Source: Gemmatimonadota bacterium (lineage in GTDB: Bacteria; Gemmatimonadota; Gemmatimonadetes; Gemmatimonadales; GWC2-71-9). Taken from it: a DNA stretch of 64,000 nucleotides. Both the position numbers and the translations under genes were made by a program. Below, one piece after another: positions 9,521 to 19,922 of this stretch. The notes beneath the pieces are model-generated. The model searched no databases, was not told where the DNA came from, and was given only the letters and a program-made list of their open reading frames with translations. How positions within the stretch are numbered: position 1 is the first letter of the stretch; each line of letters starts with the position of its first letter. The stretch is from NCBI GenBank assembly GCA_036679605.1, contig JAZDCZ010000407.1, forward strand, positions 64,001 through 128,000, given 5' to 3'.

Positions 9521-10465
9521 TCAAGGGTGTTCAAGGGAAAGCCATTCGGCGTATTTGGCCACACCGATGGCGTATGGGGTGGTGGCGCGCCAACCGAGTG
9601 CCTTTTCGGCCTTGCTTGTGTCGGCATGGGTCGTCATCGCATCGGCGGGGTTGCCTGACATCCGATCGAACTTCGGCACCACATCAAAGGCGTCGGCTAT
9701 CGTGTATATGGCATCCTTGAGCGTCACTGGTGATCCATTGCCTAGATTGTAGACCTCGTGTCCTGGCTGGGCGGCGGACTCCGCCGCGAGTATACCAGCC
9801 ACGATGTCGTCGATGTATGTGTAGTCGCGGCTCAGCGCGTCCATGTTGCCATATACAGGGATGGGCTTGCTATCCAACATCAGCTTGGCGAATTTGGACA
9901 GGACAAGGTCAGGCCTACATCGCGGGCCATAGACGCAGAAGAATCGTAGGGATGTTATCGCGAGGTCGGGATTGCATATGGCGTGGGCGTCGCACATCTT
10001 CTCGGCCGCCAGTTTGGTGGCACCGTACGGGCTTATTGGTTTCGTCGGTCCAGACTCAGGCGTCGGAGCTGGCACATCTCCGTAGACCGACGAGCTGCTA
10101 GCCACGATGACCTTGCCGACCCCAGCGCTTGTGGCTTTGTCCAGCACAGATTGTGTGCCGACGACATTGTTTTTTGCGTATGCCTGCCCCATGCCGATGG
10201 ATGACCGTACACCCGGCGTCGCGGCCATATGAAACACTGTGTCCGCGCCGAGGTATGAGACTGATGTACTTGAATCCAGGATGTCCTTTCGGCAGAACGA
10301 GAAGTCAGGCAGAGACTTCAACAACTCCAGATTGCGAATCTTCTCGTCTGGGCCGTAGTATGCGTCGAGACAGTCAATCCCGACCACCTCCCGTCCCTCC
10401 CTCAAAAGGCTCTCGCAAAGGTGTGAGCCTATGAACCCAGCGCATCCTGTGACAATGGCTTTCAT
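9521..10465 (-). CDS. NAD-dependent epimerase/dehydratase (UDP-glucuronate 4-epimerase-like)
   Basis: TGCAGFIG, SSSSVYG, YGATK, RDYTYIDD. Confidence 0.9.
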   Translation of the reverse strand: MKAIVTGCAGFIGSHLCESLLREGREVVGIDCLDAYYGPDEKIRNLELLKSLPDFSFCRKDILDSSTSVSYLGADTVFHMAATPGVRSSIGMGQAYAKNNVVGTQSVLDKATSAGVGKVIVASSSSVYGDVPAPTPESGPTKPISPYGATKLAAEKMCDAHAICNPDLAITSLRFFCVYGPRCRPDLVLSKFAKLMLDSKPIPVYGNMDALSRDYTYIDDIVAGILAAESAAQPGHEVYNLGNGSPVTLKDAIYTIADAFDVVPKFDRMSGNPADAMTTHADTSKAEKALGWRATTPYAIGVAKYAEWLSLEHP

Positions 10466-10770
10466 AAAGTGCGAATACATCCTTTTCGCGTACATGAGAC
10501 TGAAACCAGCCTTAAACCCTGTCGAACCTAAAAGCCTGTGAGATTTACCGCATGCCTTAACCCAAACCAAGTTCCACGTCGTTCACGGGTACTAAATGCC
10601 GTTTGGTTATCGTGGCACATTTCATTATAGTGGACGCGGTTTCCAGTTTTTGTTCCCACATGGGGTATCTGCATGACCTCTCCAATGGCTGTTTGTTGTT
10701 GTTTTGAGCTTCGAGTCCGATTCGGAACGGCACTAAATGTGGATAGACCCAAAGCGAAGGAGGCACGAGA

Positions 10771-11469
10771 ATGTCTAGGGAACCATCGAATTTCTTCGTC
10801 GATAACCTCGACGGTACAAGGGTAGAGTCGAGTATCCTGCCGGCTGGCTGGATTGAGATTGATCAGCAGAGCGGGCAGATTTTCTTCAGGCACCTGCACA
10901 TGCCCGGTAACCCTGGTCGTGAGGTTCTTCCGACATCGGATGGTACTGGCATCTTTAACCCGTTCAATGTCGCGCCAGGCGGAGGAGGCTCTGGCATGCA
11001 CTTCGTGGAGTCCGTGTACCTATATGGACTCGCCCCCGGCGTGGCCATGGAGAATATGAAGGCCTGGATCGATGCCCGCGTAACTGAACTTCAGCTCGCG
11101 GTTGATGATTTAGTGAGCATATGGGACGCACGAACCGAGCCAACAGCCGTCATTTCGTCGCCAGGATCAGCCGCAGCGGGGGTCGCAGTGACATTTGACG
11201 GTTCGACATCATCCGTCGGCGTCAAGGCTGCTGGCTCATTGCCATCCGGTGCCATCCATTCTGGTGACACGGGAGACTTGTTTTACACTTGGGACTTCTC
11301 CGGCGCTGCGGTGCCGGAACCAGGTTCCACACTAGCAAGTGTGTCGCCAATTGTCAAGTTCAGTGCTGCTGGCACTTTTGAAGTAACCTTGACCGTCAGA
11401 GATTCCTTCGGCAGGACATACCCAGACTTCTCGTCGGCCAAGACATCGGTGATGTACACCGCTACATAA
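10771..11469 (+). CDS. PKD/Ig-like domain protein, putative structural
   Basis: VTFDGSTS..YTWDF..GTFEVTLTVRD PKD signature; GGAGG RBS. Confidence 0.7.
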   Translation: MSREPSNFFVDNLDGTRVESSILPAGWIEIDQQSGQIFFRHLHMPGNPGREVLPTSDGTGIFNPFNVAPGGGGSGMHFVESVYLYGLAPGVAMENMKAWIDARVTELQLAVDDLVSIWDARTEPTAVISSPGSAAAGVAVTFDGSTSSVGVKAAGSLPSGAIHSGDTGDLFYTWDFSGAAVPEPGSTLASVSPIVKFSAAGTFEVTLTVRDSFGRTYPDFSSAKTSVMYTAT

Positions 11470-11494
11470 ACTGTTCCATAATTCGTTTTGGAAA

Positions 11495-11525
11495 AAGAGA
11501 GCCGCCTTTGGTGGTTCTTTTTTTT
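11495..11525. terminator. Terminator between convergent genes
   Basis: AGAGCCGCC-TTT-GGTGGTTCT stem plus T run. Confidence 0.7.
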
Positions 11526-11534
11526 GCGCGATGC

Positions 11535-12272
11535 CTATTCGATCTTCACTTGCATGGCGTCTGGGCAGTTCGCCTTCACATCTAACCACAACCGTCGCCG
11601 CGACCCTTCAGCATCCTTTGTGGCGATGCGGATGGTGTATACGGTCGTCACCCCCTCGCCTTCGGTGTAATCGATCGTTGTGGACAAAACCTTGCCCCCG
11701 TCCTCTGCTATTGCTATCAGAACCTTCTCGCCATTATCCCCGCCCTGATGGTGTGAGATGGTGAGTTTTATGTAGTGGTGGCTTGCAAGCAACCGATCCG
11801 CAGCGCGCAACGCCAAGAGGGCGAACAGCATAATGGTTGCCCCCATGCCTGCGACCACATACATTCCTTGACCGACCGCCAAACCGACCCCAGCGGTACA
11901 CCACAGTGCTGCGGCCGTGGTCAGGCCATGCGGCCTGAGTCCTTGTTTCATTATCACACCGGCTCCAAGGAACCCAATGCCTGCCACCACGCCGTAGGCT
12001 AACCTTGCGGGATCCAAGCGCACGACGCTGTTCGCGTCGAGGTGTTCATAGATTCGCGGGAGGTTCATGGAGGTCAACATCATAATGCAGCAGCCGAGAC
12101 ACACAAGTATCTGTGTCCGTAGCCCCGCCGAGCGTCCGTGCAATTCCCGTTCCAATCCAACCGCGCCGCCAATGGTCGCGGCTATCAGCATGCGAATAAT
12201 GGCCGCCCACTGCCAAGGTTCCAGCCCTAGCCAAGCCTTGGCACTGTTGATGATCTCGCTGAGGGTCTCCAT
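11535..12272 (-). CDS. MgtC/SapB family membrane protein
   Basis: GLERE..AGLRT, GIGFLGAG, GLTTAAALW. Confidence 0.92.
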   Translation of the reverse strand: METLSEIINSAKAWLGLEPWQWAAIIRMLIAATIGGAVGLERELHGRSAGLRTQILVCLGCCIMMLTSMNLPRIYEHLDANSVVRLDPARLAYGVVAGIGFLGAGVIMKQGLRPHGLTTAAALWCTAGVGLAVGQGMYVVAGMGATIMLFALLALRAADRLLASHHYIKLTISHHQGGDNGEKVLIAIAEDGGKVLSTTIDYTEGEGVTTVYTIRIATKDAEGSRRRLWLDVKANCPDAMQVKIE

Positions 12273-12326
12273 ATTGCGATTATACCTAGCGGCTGGTAAA
12301 GTCCTTATTATGTTGATCGATACCCT

Positions 12327-12755
12327 ATGAATGTATGGTATTCAGTGAGACGGCTTCTTGCATCGACTGACGAGGAAAGCTATTATATGGAAGAGGCCTG
12401 CGCCTACTTTGCATTGGCCTTGCATGATTTTTTCGGCTATCGCATCCGGATGCTCATCGATAATGCCCAGGAGGACGAATGGGATGGCCAAACTTTGCCG
12501 CTTGTTGCGCATGTCTATACCGTAGATTCGGCTGGTAACGCGGTTGATATCAAAGGGAAGCGGAGCGAGACTGACATAAGGGCGGATTTTTTTGATCTAG
12601 TCGAGCCGACCATTTACGATCTTACGCCAGTTGAGCTGGAACATGAATGGATGGGCGATGACCTTCCGCTTCACGCGCCGTCGGGGTCTGATGTCGCCGA
12701 GGCAAAGGCTGTAATCACGGCGAATCCCAGTGTCTGGGCACCGAATCTGATTTAG
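12327..12755 (+). CDS. Hypothetical protein
   Basis: 142-aa acidic ORF. Confidence 0.6.
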   Translation: MNVWYSVRRLLASTDEESYYMEEACAYFALALHDFFGYRIRMLIDNAQEDEWDGQTLPLVAHVYTVDSAGNAVDIKGKRSETDIRADFFDLVEPTIYDLTPVELEHEWMGDDLPLHAPSGSDVAEAKAVITANPSVWAPNLI

Positions 12756-12822
12756 CCCTAATCTCATTGTCTTATATGGATTTCCTTTACTTGTTATTGT
12801 GTTTCTCCCCGTCCGCACTGCG

Positions 12823-13389
12823 ATGACTGACAGTGCTAAAAAACCAAGCAGGGGCAAGAAGGTCAAGCCCATCCGTGAGACTGCGTACGGCAGGCAACTT
12901 CTGGAACGGGTGGCTAACCTTGACGAGGAGTTCTGGGGCGGCGCGTTTGAGGCCGAGTTTGTCCGCGCCGTAGTAGGCGGCGATGACTATGCGACGGTCG
13001 CTGGCAGGTTTGGCATATCATACGAGATGGCCCAATACACAGTGCGCCGCCTGCTTTGGCGGTACGATGCTATCCTGAAACTCCAGGCGGGATTGGTCGT
13101 ACTTAACGATCGGAAGACTGACCTCGCTGCTGCTGGCCTGACGGACACCCAGCGGGAGGCTTTGCTCATGCTTCTCGCCGGTCGCTCACAGGCGCATGTG
13201 GCTGGGTCCCTGCAGATCACCCAAGCCGCCGTCAGCAGTAGACTTCGTCTCGCCAGCAAATTCTTGGAGAAGTTTTCGACCGATGAGGGCAACGAGTGGA
13301 TGTTCCCGCTCGCCGAGGCCGTCAGAATCCGCCGCAGCCGCAACACATTGACCGCTTTTCAACGCAAGTCCAAGGGATCGCGAAGTTGA
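12823..13389 (+). CDS. HTH (sigma-70 region 4-like) DNA-binding protein
   Basis: LTDTQREAL..GRSQAHVAGSLQITQAAVSSRLRLA. Confidence 0.65.
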   Translation: MTDSAKKPSRGKKVKPIRETAYGRQLLERVANLDEEFWGGAFEAEFVRAVVGGDDYATVAGRFGISYEMAQYTVRRLLWRYDAILKLQAGLVVLNDRKTDLAAAGLTDTQREALLMLLAGRSQAHVAGSLQITQAAVSSRLRLASKFLEKFSTDEGNEWMFPLAEAVRIRRSRNTLTAFQRKSKGSRS

Positions 13390-13445
13390 CTTAGCCCCTC
13401 TGGCGATATATTATTTGTGGATTCATTGCAGTCAGGGGGAATCGC

Positions 13446-14648
13446 ATGAGATTCAGGTACATCAAGCACGACAGTCCGCTCGCCACGGCCGTCTTCACAT
13501 TCAAGGCAGGCAGTTTGACGGATCCAAAAGGGCAGGAGGGTGTCAGCCATTACTTAGAGCATGTTCTGCTGGATGCGAGTGACATGTATCCGGACGAGGT
13601 AGCCGTGTCGAATGCCTTCGCTGGTTTGGGCGCGCGGACCAATGGCGGGACTGGTTTTGGCTCTGTGTCGTATTACGGCACATGTCGCGCGAGCAAATTG
13701 ACCGAGATGGTCGCCATCCATTGCGATCTCGTGTCGGCTCCGCTGCTCAAGGATGACGATGTGGAGCGTGAGGGCAAGATTATCATGTCCGAACTAAAGG
13801 ATGGGCTGGACGACGCGATGTCCGTATTCTTGCACGACACGATCGGCTCGACCTTGGGTTGGCCGCCGATAGTTGGACATAAGCCGACGGTACTCTCCAT
13901 AACGGCTAAACAGATTCGAGAGCACTACGCACGCCATTATGGTAAGTCAAACCTCATGGTCACGGTGTGCGGTCCCGCGTCCGCAGAGGACGAGATACGC
14001 CGCAGGCTGGATTTACTCCCGACGCTCGCACCGACTGTGTTGGCCAAGCCTACGATCAACCTCGACGATAGGATGATCTCTAAGCCGAAGTTCGGGCAGA
14101 CGTGCCTAGCCATACTCGCGCCGACGACGCTTGGTCAGTCTAGTCATTTCAGGGAAAACCTTGTCGCATCCGTCGCGGCCAACTGCGTCGGCGGATCCGA
14201 CTTCAGCATGCTGTTTAGGCGTCTGCGAGGCGAATTAGGGCTGACATATTGGATCGGCTGCGGCGGGTTGGCTTGGGAGGACGCTGGGATGGTGTATGTT
14301 ATGAGCCAATTCGAGCCGAAACTCGTAGATCAGGTCAAGGCGGAAATCCAGGGTGTACTCAGGAAGGTAGTCTCCTCCGGCGTGCCGGAGGAGACGGTGA
14401 GGTTTGCCAAGGATGCTATGCTGACATCCGCCGCTGGTTCCTATGAGACGACAGGAGGCCGTGCGAGGCAATTTGAGAGTTACCATCTCGCCAGTGCTCT
14501 AGACATCCCCAACTCATACGCAGAGTACGAGGCGATGATATTATCCGTGGATCAGGCGGATGTCGATGCGCATGCTAAGCGGGCGTACGCGCCGATGCTG
14601 GATTCCGACGCATGCAAGACGGTGATCATGAACGCTCCGACACCATAA
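13446..14648 (+). CDS. M16 family zinc peptidase
   Basis: Inverted HYLEH motif; LFRRLRGELGLTY. Confidence 0.9.
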   Translation: MRFRYIKHDSPLATAVFTFKAGSLTDPKGQEGVSHYLEHVLLDASDMYPDEVAVSNAFAGLGARTNGGTGFGSVSYYGTCRASKLTEMVAIHCDLVSAPLLKDDDVEREGKIIMSELKDGLDDAMSVFLHDTIGSTLGWPPIVGHKPTVLSITAKQIREHYARHYGKSNLMVTVCGPASAEDEIRRRLDLLPTLAPTVLAKPTINLDDRMISKPKFGQTCLAILAPTTLGQSSHFRENLVASVAANCVGGSDFSMLFRRLRGELGLTYWIGCGGLAWEDAGMVYVMSQFEPKLVDQVKAEIQGVLRKVVSSGVPEETVRFAKDAMLTSAAGSYETTGGRARQFESYHLASALDIPNSYAEYEAMILSVDQADVDAHAKRAYAPMLDSDACKTVIMNAPTP

Positions 14649-14768
14649 ATACACATGCGTGTATAATGGGATATGGCTAGGTTCTGTTTTTCCAAGGCGG
14701 AGTTGACGGATTTGTATGCAGCTAGACCGTGTTATTGGTCTGCCGCATCATTGCTAGGGATACGTCAG

Positions 14769-14960
14769 GTCAATTACCACCAGCACAAGGCCAGTGGCTT
14801 GCAGCGTGCGAATGCACGCTGTATGAAATCCCGTCGCATGGCTGGGATATTGACGCATGGAGTTTAGTACCTGTCTCATGCACGAAAAGGATGTTCTTGG
14901 CAGCATTGGTATCGGAATGACGACAAACACCGCACAGGGATAGATCCGCGAGACCGCAGG
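14769..14960 (-). mobile_element. tnpB 3' remnant with IS200/IS605 right end
   Basis: CGVCRHSDTNAAKNIL (TnpB RuvC-III-like) followed by right-end hairpin; interrupts a leaderless ORF starting 14673. Confidence 0.65.
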
Positions 14961-14971
14961 AGGTACGAGTA

Positions 14972-15739
14972 ATGGCCAGAAGCATTTTCGACTGGGAGCA
15001 CATGTTCACATATCTGGCAGGAAGTATTGACTTTTCCAAAGATCGCGGTTGCGGTTGGCGCGATGTTATCATCGAGAAGCTGACGAAGATCGGCATACCA
15101 AAGGAACGCATTCTCAATCCGTGCGACAAACCAGTATGCATAAGCCATAAGACAGTGAACGCAGACGAAGGTGAGTTGATGGATAAGTATAGGTCAGCTA
15201 GAGATTGGGGTGGTCTTGTCCGTGTTATGAAGGCTGTAGCCCACTTCGACCTGCGGATGGTGGACAAGTCGGACTTCATCATCGCAGCATTCCCGAAACT
15301 CGGTCGCGGTCCATTAGAGGATGACATTGCCAATTTCGAGAGGTCATACTCGGCCATCAAAGACTTCATCGGCAGAGGGCAGGCTGAGGGCATCAAACAG
15401 GCGCGGATCGACTTAAAGCATCTGAAGGATGTGTTTGAGCGAATGATGGGTCGGTTGGCGGATTCGCATGTACCCACATATGGTACTATGCATGAGATTG
15501 TCGTCGCACGGCAGCAGAAGAAACCAGTGTTTGTTATTTGGGAATCTGATGGCATGTCCACCTGCAGCGCTTGGCTGGCTTGGTTGGTAGGACACAAGAA
15601 TGTTTTCCGCAGCCTTGATTCCTGCGTCAACAAGATTGATAGGATCATGCACGACAGAGAATCGGTCGATAAGGAAGACTGGGTCATATTCGAGCTTTAC
15701 GATGATGCCATCAAGACCGAAGAAGCGTCCGCTAAATAG
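14972..15739 (+). CDS. Nucleoside 2-deoxyribosyltransferase-like protein
   Basis: TYLAGSID..GWR..ILNP..DLRMVDKSD..YGTMHEI..KKPV. Confidence 0.7.
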   Translation: MARSIFDWEHMFTYLAGSIDFSKDRGCGWRDVIIEKLTKIGIPKERILNPCDKPVCISHKTVNADEGELMDKYRSARDWGGLVRVMKAVAHFDLRMVDKSDFIIAAFPKLGRGPLEDDIANFERSYSAIKDFIGRGQAEGIKQARIDLKHLKDVFERMMGRLADSHVPTYGTMHEIVVARQQKKPVFVIWESDGMSTCSAWLAWLVGHKNVFRSLDSCVNKIDRIMHDRESVDKEDWVIFELYDDAIKTEEASAK

Positions 15740-15843
15740 CGGTGGACATCACCCGTATCTGATGCTATAGTTATACATGAGGAAATCCATTCATGGATTC
15801 AGTGCGCGTTCCGTAGGCAATGCTGTTCGGGAAGAATATGATC

Positions 15844-18081
15844 ATGAGCAAGACTCTCTACATATTAGTCGGTCTGCCAGGGTCCGGTAAGTCATGGTAC
15901 GCGACGCACGAGTTGAAGGCTGTGAGGCGGGTGAGCCAAGATGATATGGGCAGAGATGTGCATATGAGAGCCTTCACCGCCGCCTTGGCTGCTGACGAGT
16001 CCGTGGTTGTGGATCGCGTGAACTTTGACCGCAGCCAACGGGAGAGGTACATCACCCCTGCCAGGCAGCGCGGCTACCATATCGTATGCGTCTGGTTCGA
16101 TGTGGATCGGGCGACTTGTATGAGGCGGCTGTCTGGGAGGAAGGGACACCCGACCGTGTCTAAGGACGATGACCACGAGCGAATAGTGGGACACTTCGCC
16201 AAGATGATGGTGCAGCCGCTGGGGGACGAGTACGACGAGTTGAGGGTGGTGTCCAAGCGCACGCACGCGAAGGTGGAGGACATACGGGATGAGTGCGAGG
16301 GCAGGCGGACTATCGTCGTGGGCGATATACACGGCTGCTTCGACGAGTTCATGCTCCTCCTGCAAAAATGTGGATATAGCCCAGAGGACATCGTCGTGAG
16401 CGTCGGTGACTTGACTGATCGCGGACCGAAGAGTCGAGAGACATTGGAGTGGTTCTACAGCACGCCCGGGACGCATGTGGCGGAGGGGAACCACTGCAAC
16501 AAACTGAGACGGCTCTGGTCCGGACGCCGGGTCAAGATATCCAATGGATTGGGTTCCACAATCGAGCAGTGCGATGGCATGGATCATAAGGCAATCGCCG
16601 CGTGGATGTCCCTGTGGCCGCAGATCATTCGAGTCCCAGACATCGGTGGTCTGCCTGCGTATGTGGTACACGCCGGCGTGGACGGGACCCGTCCGATCGA
16701 CAGACAGAAGGTGGAGGATTGTTTGTACGCGCGGTGTCTCGGAGGCAAGGACTATTTTGACGAGGACGGCGGGGCGTGGTGGTATCACACACTGGACGGC
16801 TCGTTTGTCGTGTTGAGTGGACACGCTATCCATGACAATCCGCGCCCAGTGGAGTGTGCATATCTATTGGATGGTGGCGCATTCCAAGGCGGGACGCTAC
16901 GGGCTCTGGTGATCAATGGTGAGGGGACGGAGGTGTTCGAGGTGGACAGTTCCGGCTATGTGACGTCGACTGAACCCAAGACTCCGGTGCAAGCGAGGGA
17001 GGAACTCGTTGCGGAGGGTTTGATCCGTAAGGATGAACTCGGGGACTTGGCCGTCTACACATACACAGATGCCTGCGTGCATGCGCGCATGTGGGACAAC
17101 ATCACCATCAACAGCCGAGGTCATGTGTTTAATCGAGTCACAGGGGAATGCGTCGCGTGGTCGTTCCCGAAGTTCTTCAACATGGGCGAGATGCCAGAGA
17201 CGCAGGAATATGTCCTGCCGTGGACTGGGGGTTTCGCGGCGTTCGAGAAGATGGACGGATGGTTGGGTAACCTCTATAGGCTGGATGACGGGCAATATGC
17301 GATATCCACGCGAGGTTCTTTCAAGAGTCCTGGCGCACTCTGGGCGACGCAATTCCTACGGGACAACCATGACCTGTCCGGCCTGCCGGACGATGTCACG
17401 CTCGTGTTTGAGCTGATAAGCCCGATCACGAGGATCATAGTGGACTACGGTGACAAAGAAGCTCTCACACTTCTGGCGGCCTTCAACAGGCACACTGGGG
17501 AGGAGTACGCTTGGCATAGGGTTATGGAATGGGCTAGTATATACAAGTTCATCACGCCGACGGTGTATTGTGGGGATTTCGCGGAATGCCGCGCCACCTT
17601 GGCTCATAGCTCCGGCAAGGACATGGAGGGATTCGTCGTGAGGTTTCACAACGGCTTGCGGGTCAAGGTGAAGGGCGAGGATTATCTGCGCCGTGCGAAA
17701 ATAGTTTCCAATATGACGCCGCTGTCCGTGTGGGGCGCCATGTCGTCGGGCAAAGTGTTGGACGAGTACCGCGACGCGGTGGACGCGGATTACAGGGGAC
17801 AATTGGACGCCATGGCTGATGAATTGGAAGAGCGGTGGGCCGCAGTAAATGAAGAAATAGACAGTGAGTTCGCCTGTAGCTTTCCGGGAATGACTGCCCA
17901 AATATCCGATGAACACGAAGGCAGGAAGGGTTTTGCCGAGAGAGTTGGGAACCTGACGCTGCGCCACAGGCGCGTGATGTTCGCCAGACTCGACGGAAAG
18001 TCGGAACTCATTGACAAGTACATAATGGGGATCATCAGGCCCCATAACAACGAAATGAAGGTGATAAATGGTGATTCGTAG
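15844..18081 (+). CDS. Polynucleotide kinase / metallophosphoesterase / T4 Rnl1-type RNA ligase fusion
   Basis: GLPGSGKS; GDIHG, GDLTDRGP, GNH; KFFN, EKMDG, STRG, EGFV, KVK. Confidence 0.9.
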   Translation: MSKTLYILVGLPGSGKSWYATHELKAVRRVSQDDMGRDVHMRAFTAALAADESVVVDRVNFDRSQRERYITPARQRGYHIVCVWFDVDRATCMRRLSGRKGHPTVSKDDDHERIVGHFAKMMVQPLGDEYDELRVVSKRTHAKVEDIRDECEGRRTIVVGDIHGCFDEFMLLLQKCGYSPEDIVVSVGDLTDRGPKSRETLEWFYSTPGTHVAEGNHCNKLRRLWSGRRVKISNGLGSTIEQCDGMDHKAIAAWMSLWPQIIRVPDIGGLPAYVVHAGVDGTRPIDRQKVEDCLYARCLGGKDYFDEDGGAWWYHTLDGSFVVLSGHAIHDNPRPVECAYLLDGGAFQGGTLRALVINGEGTEVFEVDSSGYVTSTEPKTPVQAREELVAEGLIRKDELGDLAVYTYTDACVHARMWDNITINSRGHVFNRVTGECVAWSFPKFFNMGEMPETQEYVLPWTGGFAAFEKMDGWLGNLYRLDDGQYAISTRGSFKSPGALWATQFLRDNHDLSGLPDDVTLVFELISPITRIIVDYGDKEALTLLAAFNRHTGEEYAWHRVMEWASIYKFITPTVYCGDFAECRATLAHSSGKDMEGFVVRFHNGLRVKVKGEDYLRRAKIVSNMTPLSVWGAMSSGKVLDEYRDAVDADYRGQLDAMADELEERWAAVNEEIDSEFACSFPGMTAQISDEHEGRKGFAERVGNLTLRHRRVMFARLDGKSELIDKYIMGIIRPHNNEMKVINGDS

Positions 18082-19666
18082 ACAGAAAATGACGATGCTC
18101 GTCAACTCGGTCGCTGGGGAGACCCGTGTGGCTATATGCCGAGATGGGCGACTGGAGGAGCTGTGGGTCGAACACTCAGATCAGGTTTCGCCCGTTGGTA
18201 ACATCTACAAGGGAAGGGTGACGAATGTGGAGCGTAGCCTCCAGGCCGCGTTCATCGATTGCGGGTTCGGCAAGGAAGGCTTCCTGCATGTGTCCGATAT
18301 ACTCCCTCGGTATTTCCCGAAGAAGCGCAAGAACGAGCGGATCGGGAACCGCACGCGCAGGAGTGATCGCCCTACGATCGAGAGCTGCCTCCGGAGGGGG
18401 GATGAGGTCATCGTACAGGTCATCAAAGATGGTTTCGGACATAAAGGTCCGGCCTTGAGTACATATATATCGCTTCCCGGCAGGATGTTGGTTATGTTGC
18501 CGTATAGCACTGGATCAGGAGTGTCCCGCCGCGTGGTTGATATCGAGAAGAGGCGTGAACTCAAGAAGATGCTTGCTGGGATGAGACTGTCGAAGGAGGC
18601 AGGTTTCATACTCCGCACGGCAGGCAATACTGGTGGTCTGACCGAATTTCAGGCAGACGCCAAGTATCTCGTTGAATTGTGGGAGAAAGCTGAACGCAGG
18701 ATGAAGCGAAAGGCTCCCACGGAGGTACTGCATGAGCGAGGCTTGGTTACGCAGATTCTGCGGGACAGGTGGACTAAGGACTTCGATCAGGTGATCGTGG
18801 ACAGTAGGGAGGACGCAGCAGCAGCACGGGCATACTTGAAGGCGACAGCTCCGCGGATCAAAAGGAAACTGGTCACGCTCCACACCGGCTCGCCCATATT
18901 CGAGAAATATGGCATCGAGAGCGATGTCGAAGGGTTGGCTGGCAGGAGCGCCCCACTTCCGTCTGGTGGACACATAGTCATCGATCAGACCGAGGCTTTG
19001 GTCGCGGTGGATGTGAACTCAGGCAGGACCAAAAGCAGGAACAGCGAAGACACCGCGCTTAAGACCAATTTAGAGGCTGCCACAGAGGTGGCCAGACAAC
19101 TTAGGCTGCGAGATCTCGGCGGTCTAGTCGTTGTGGATTTCATAGACATGGTGAGCCACCGGAATCGTGTCAAAGTGGAAGAGACACTGTCCAAAGCTTT
19201 GGCACAGCACAGGGAAAAGGCTCAGGTGTTGCCGATGAGTGAGTTTGGTATAATTGAGATAACGCGGCAGCGTAGCAGACAGTCTGTGGCTGCAGCCTTA
19301 CACGCCACCTGCCCTCAGTGTTCAGGCAGCGGGAAGATAGAGTCGCTCGCGTCGTCCGTGGCGTCCATACTACGGCAGATGCGATCTGCGATATCCGCGA
19401 ATCCAAGATGCAGGATACGCGCTATGGCTCCTACGGAGATTGTCACGGAGGTTTTTAATCGGCATCGGGAAGAGATGGATAGACTAGAGTCTCTGGCAGG
19501 TGCGCCAGTGGAACTTTTGGCAGGGGGGAGGACGGATGTTAGCATTGGACAGCCCGCGACGCACGGTGGAAAAACAAGTGAAAAACCAAGTGGACGCGGG
19601 AACAGTAGAAAGAGGAGGCGTCGTAGAAAGAGCCGAGGCAACAAAGTGGCCAAGGCGGTTGGATAA
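18068..19666 (+). CDS. Ribonuclease E/G family
   Basis: GNIYKGRV, AAFID, DVNSG, LRDLGGLVVVDFIDM, CPQCSGSG. Confidence 0.95.
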   Translation: MVIRRQKMTMLVNSVAGETRVAICRDGRLEELWVEHSDQVSPVGNIYKGRVTNVERSLQAAFIDCGFGKEGFLHVSDILPRYFPKKRKNERIGNRTRRSDRPTIESCLRRGDEVIVQVIKDGFGHKGPALSTYISLPGRMLVMLPYSTGSGVSRRVVDIEKRRELKKMLAGMRLSKEAGFILRTAGNTGGLTEFQADAKYLVELWEKAERRMKRKAPTEVLHERGLVTQILRDRWTKDFDQVIVDSREDAAAARAYLKATAPRIKRKLVTLHTGSPIFEKYGIESDVEGLAGRSAPLPSGGHIVIDQTEALVAVDVNSGRTKSRNSEDTALKTNLEAATEVARQLRLRDLGGLVVVDFIDMVSHRNRVKVEETLSKALAQHREKAQVLPMSEFGIIEITRQRSRQSVAAALHATCPQCSGSGKIESLASSVASILRQMRSAISANPRCRIRAMAPTEIVTEVFNRHREEMDRLESLAGAPVELLAGGRTDVSIGQPATHGGKTSEKPSGRGNSRKRRRRRKSRGNKVAKAVG

Positions 19667-19703
19667 TGGCACAACAACAAAGGAATCAGATAGGAATGGG
19701 AGC

Positions 19704-19913
19704 ATGGTAAAGGTCACAGCAAAAGGCCCACACGAGAATTTCCGGAAGTTGCTTCGTCGCTTCAAGAAAGCGTGCGACAACGCTGGTGTAATGCGCGAGA
19801 TCAAACGAAGGGCGTATTATGAGAAGCCGAGCGACAAACGTCGTAGGGAGCGTCGCCGCCAAGTGCGCGAGGCTCAGAAGAAGCTAAGGGAAGAAAGCCA
19901 GTCCCAATCCTAG
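19704..19913 (+). CDS. rpsU: 30S ribosomal protein bS21
   Basis: LRRFKKAC..GVMREIKRRAYYEKPSDKRRR. Confidence 0.9.
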   Translation: MVKVTAKGPHENFRKLLRRFKKACDNAGVMREIKRRAYYEKPSDKRRRERRRQVREAQKKLREESQSQS

Positions 19914-19922
19914 GGAGGGCGT

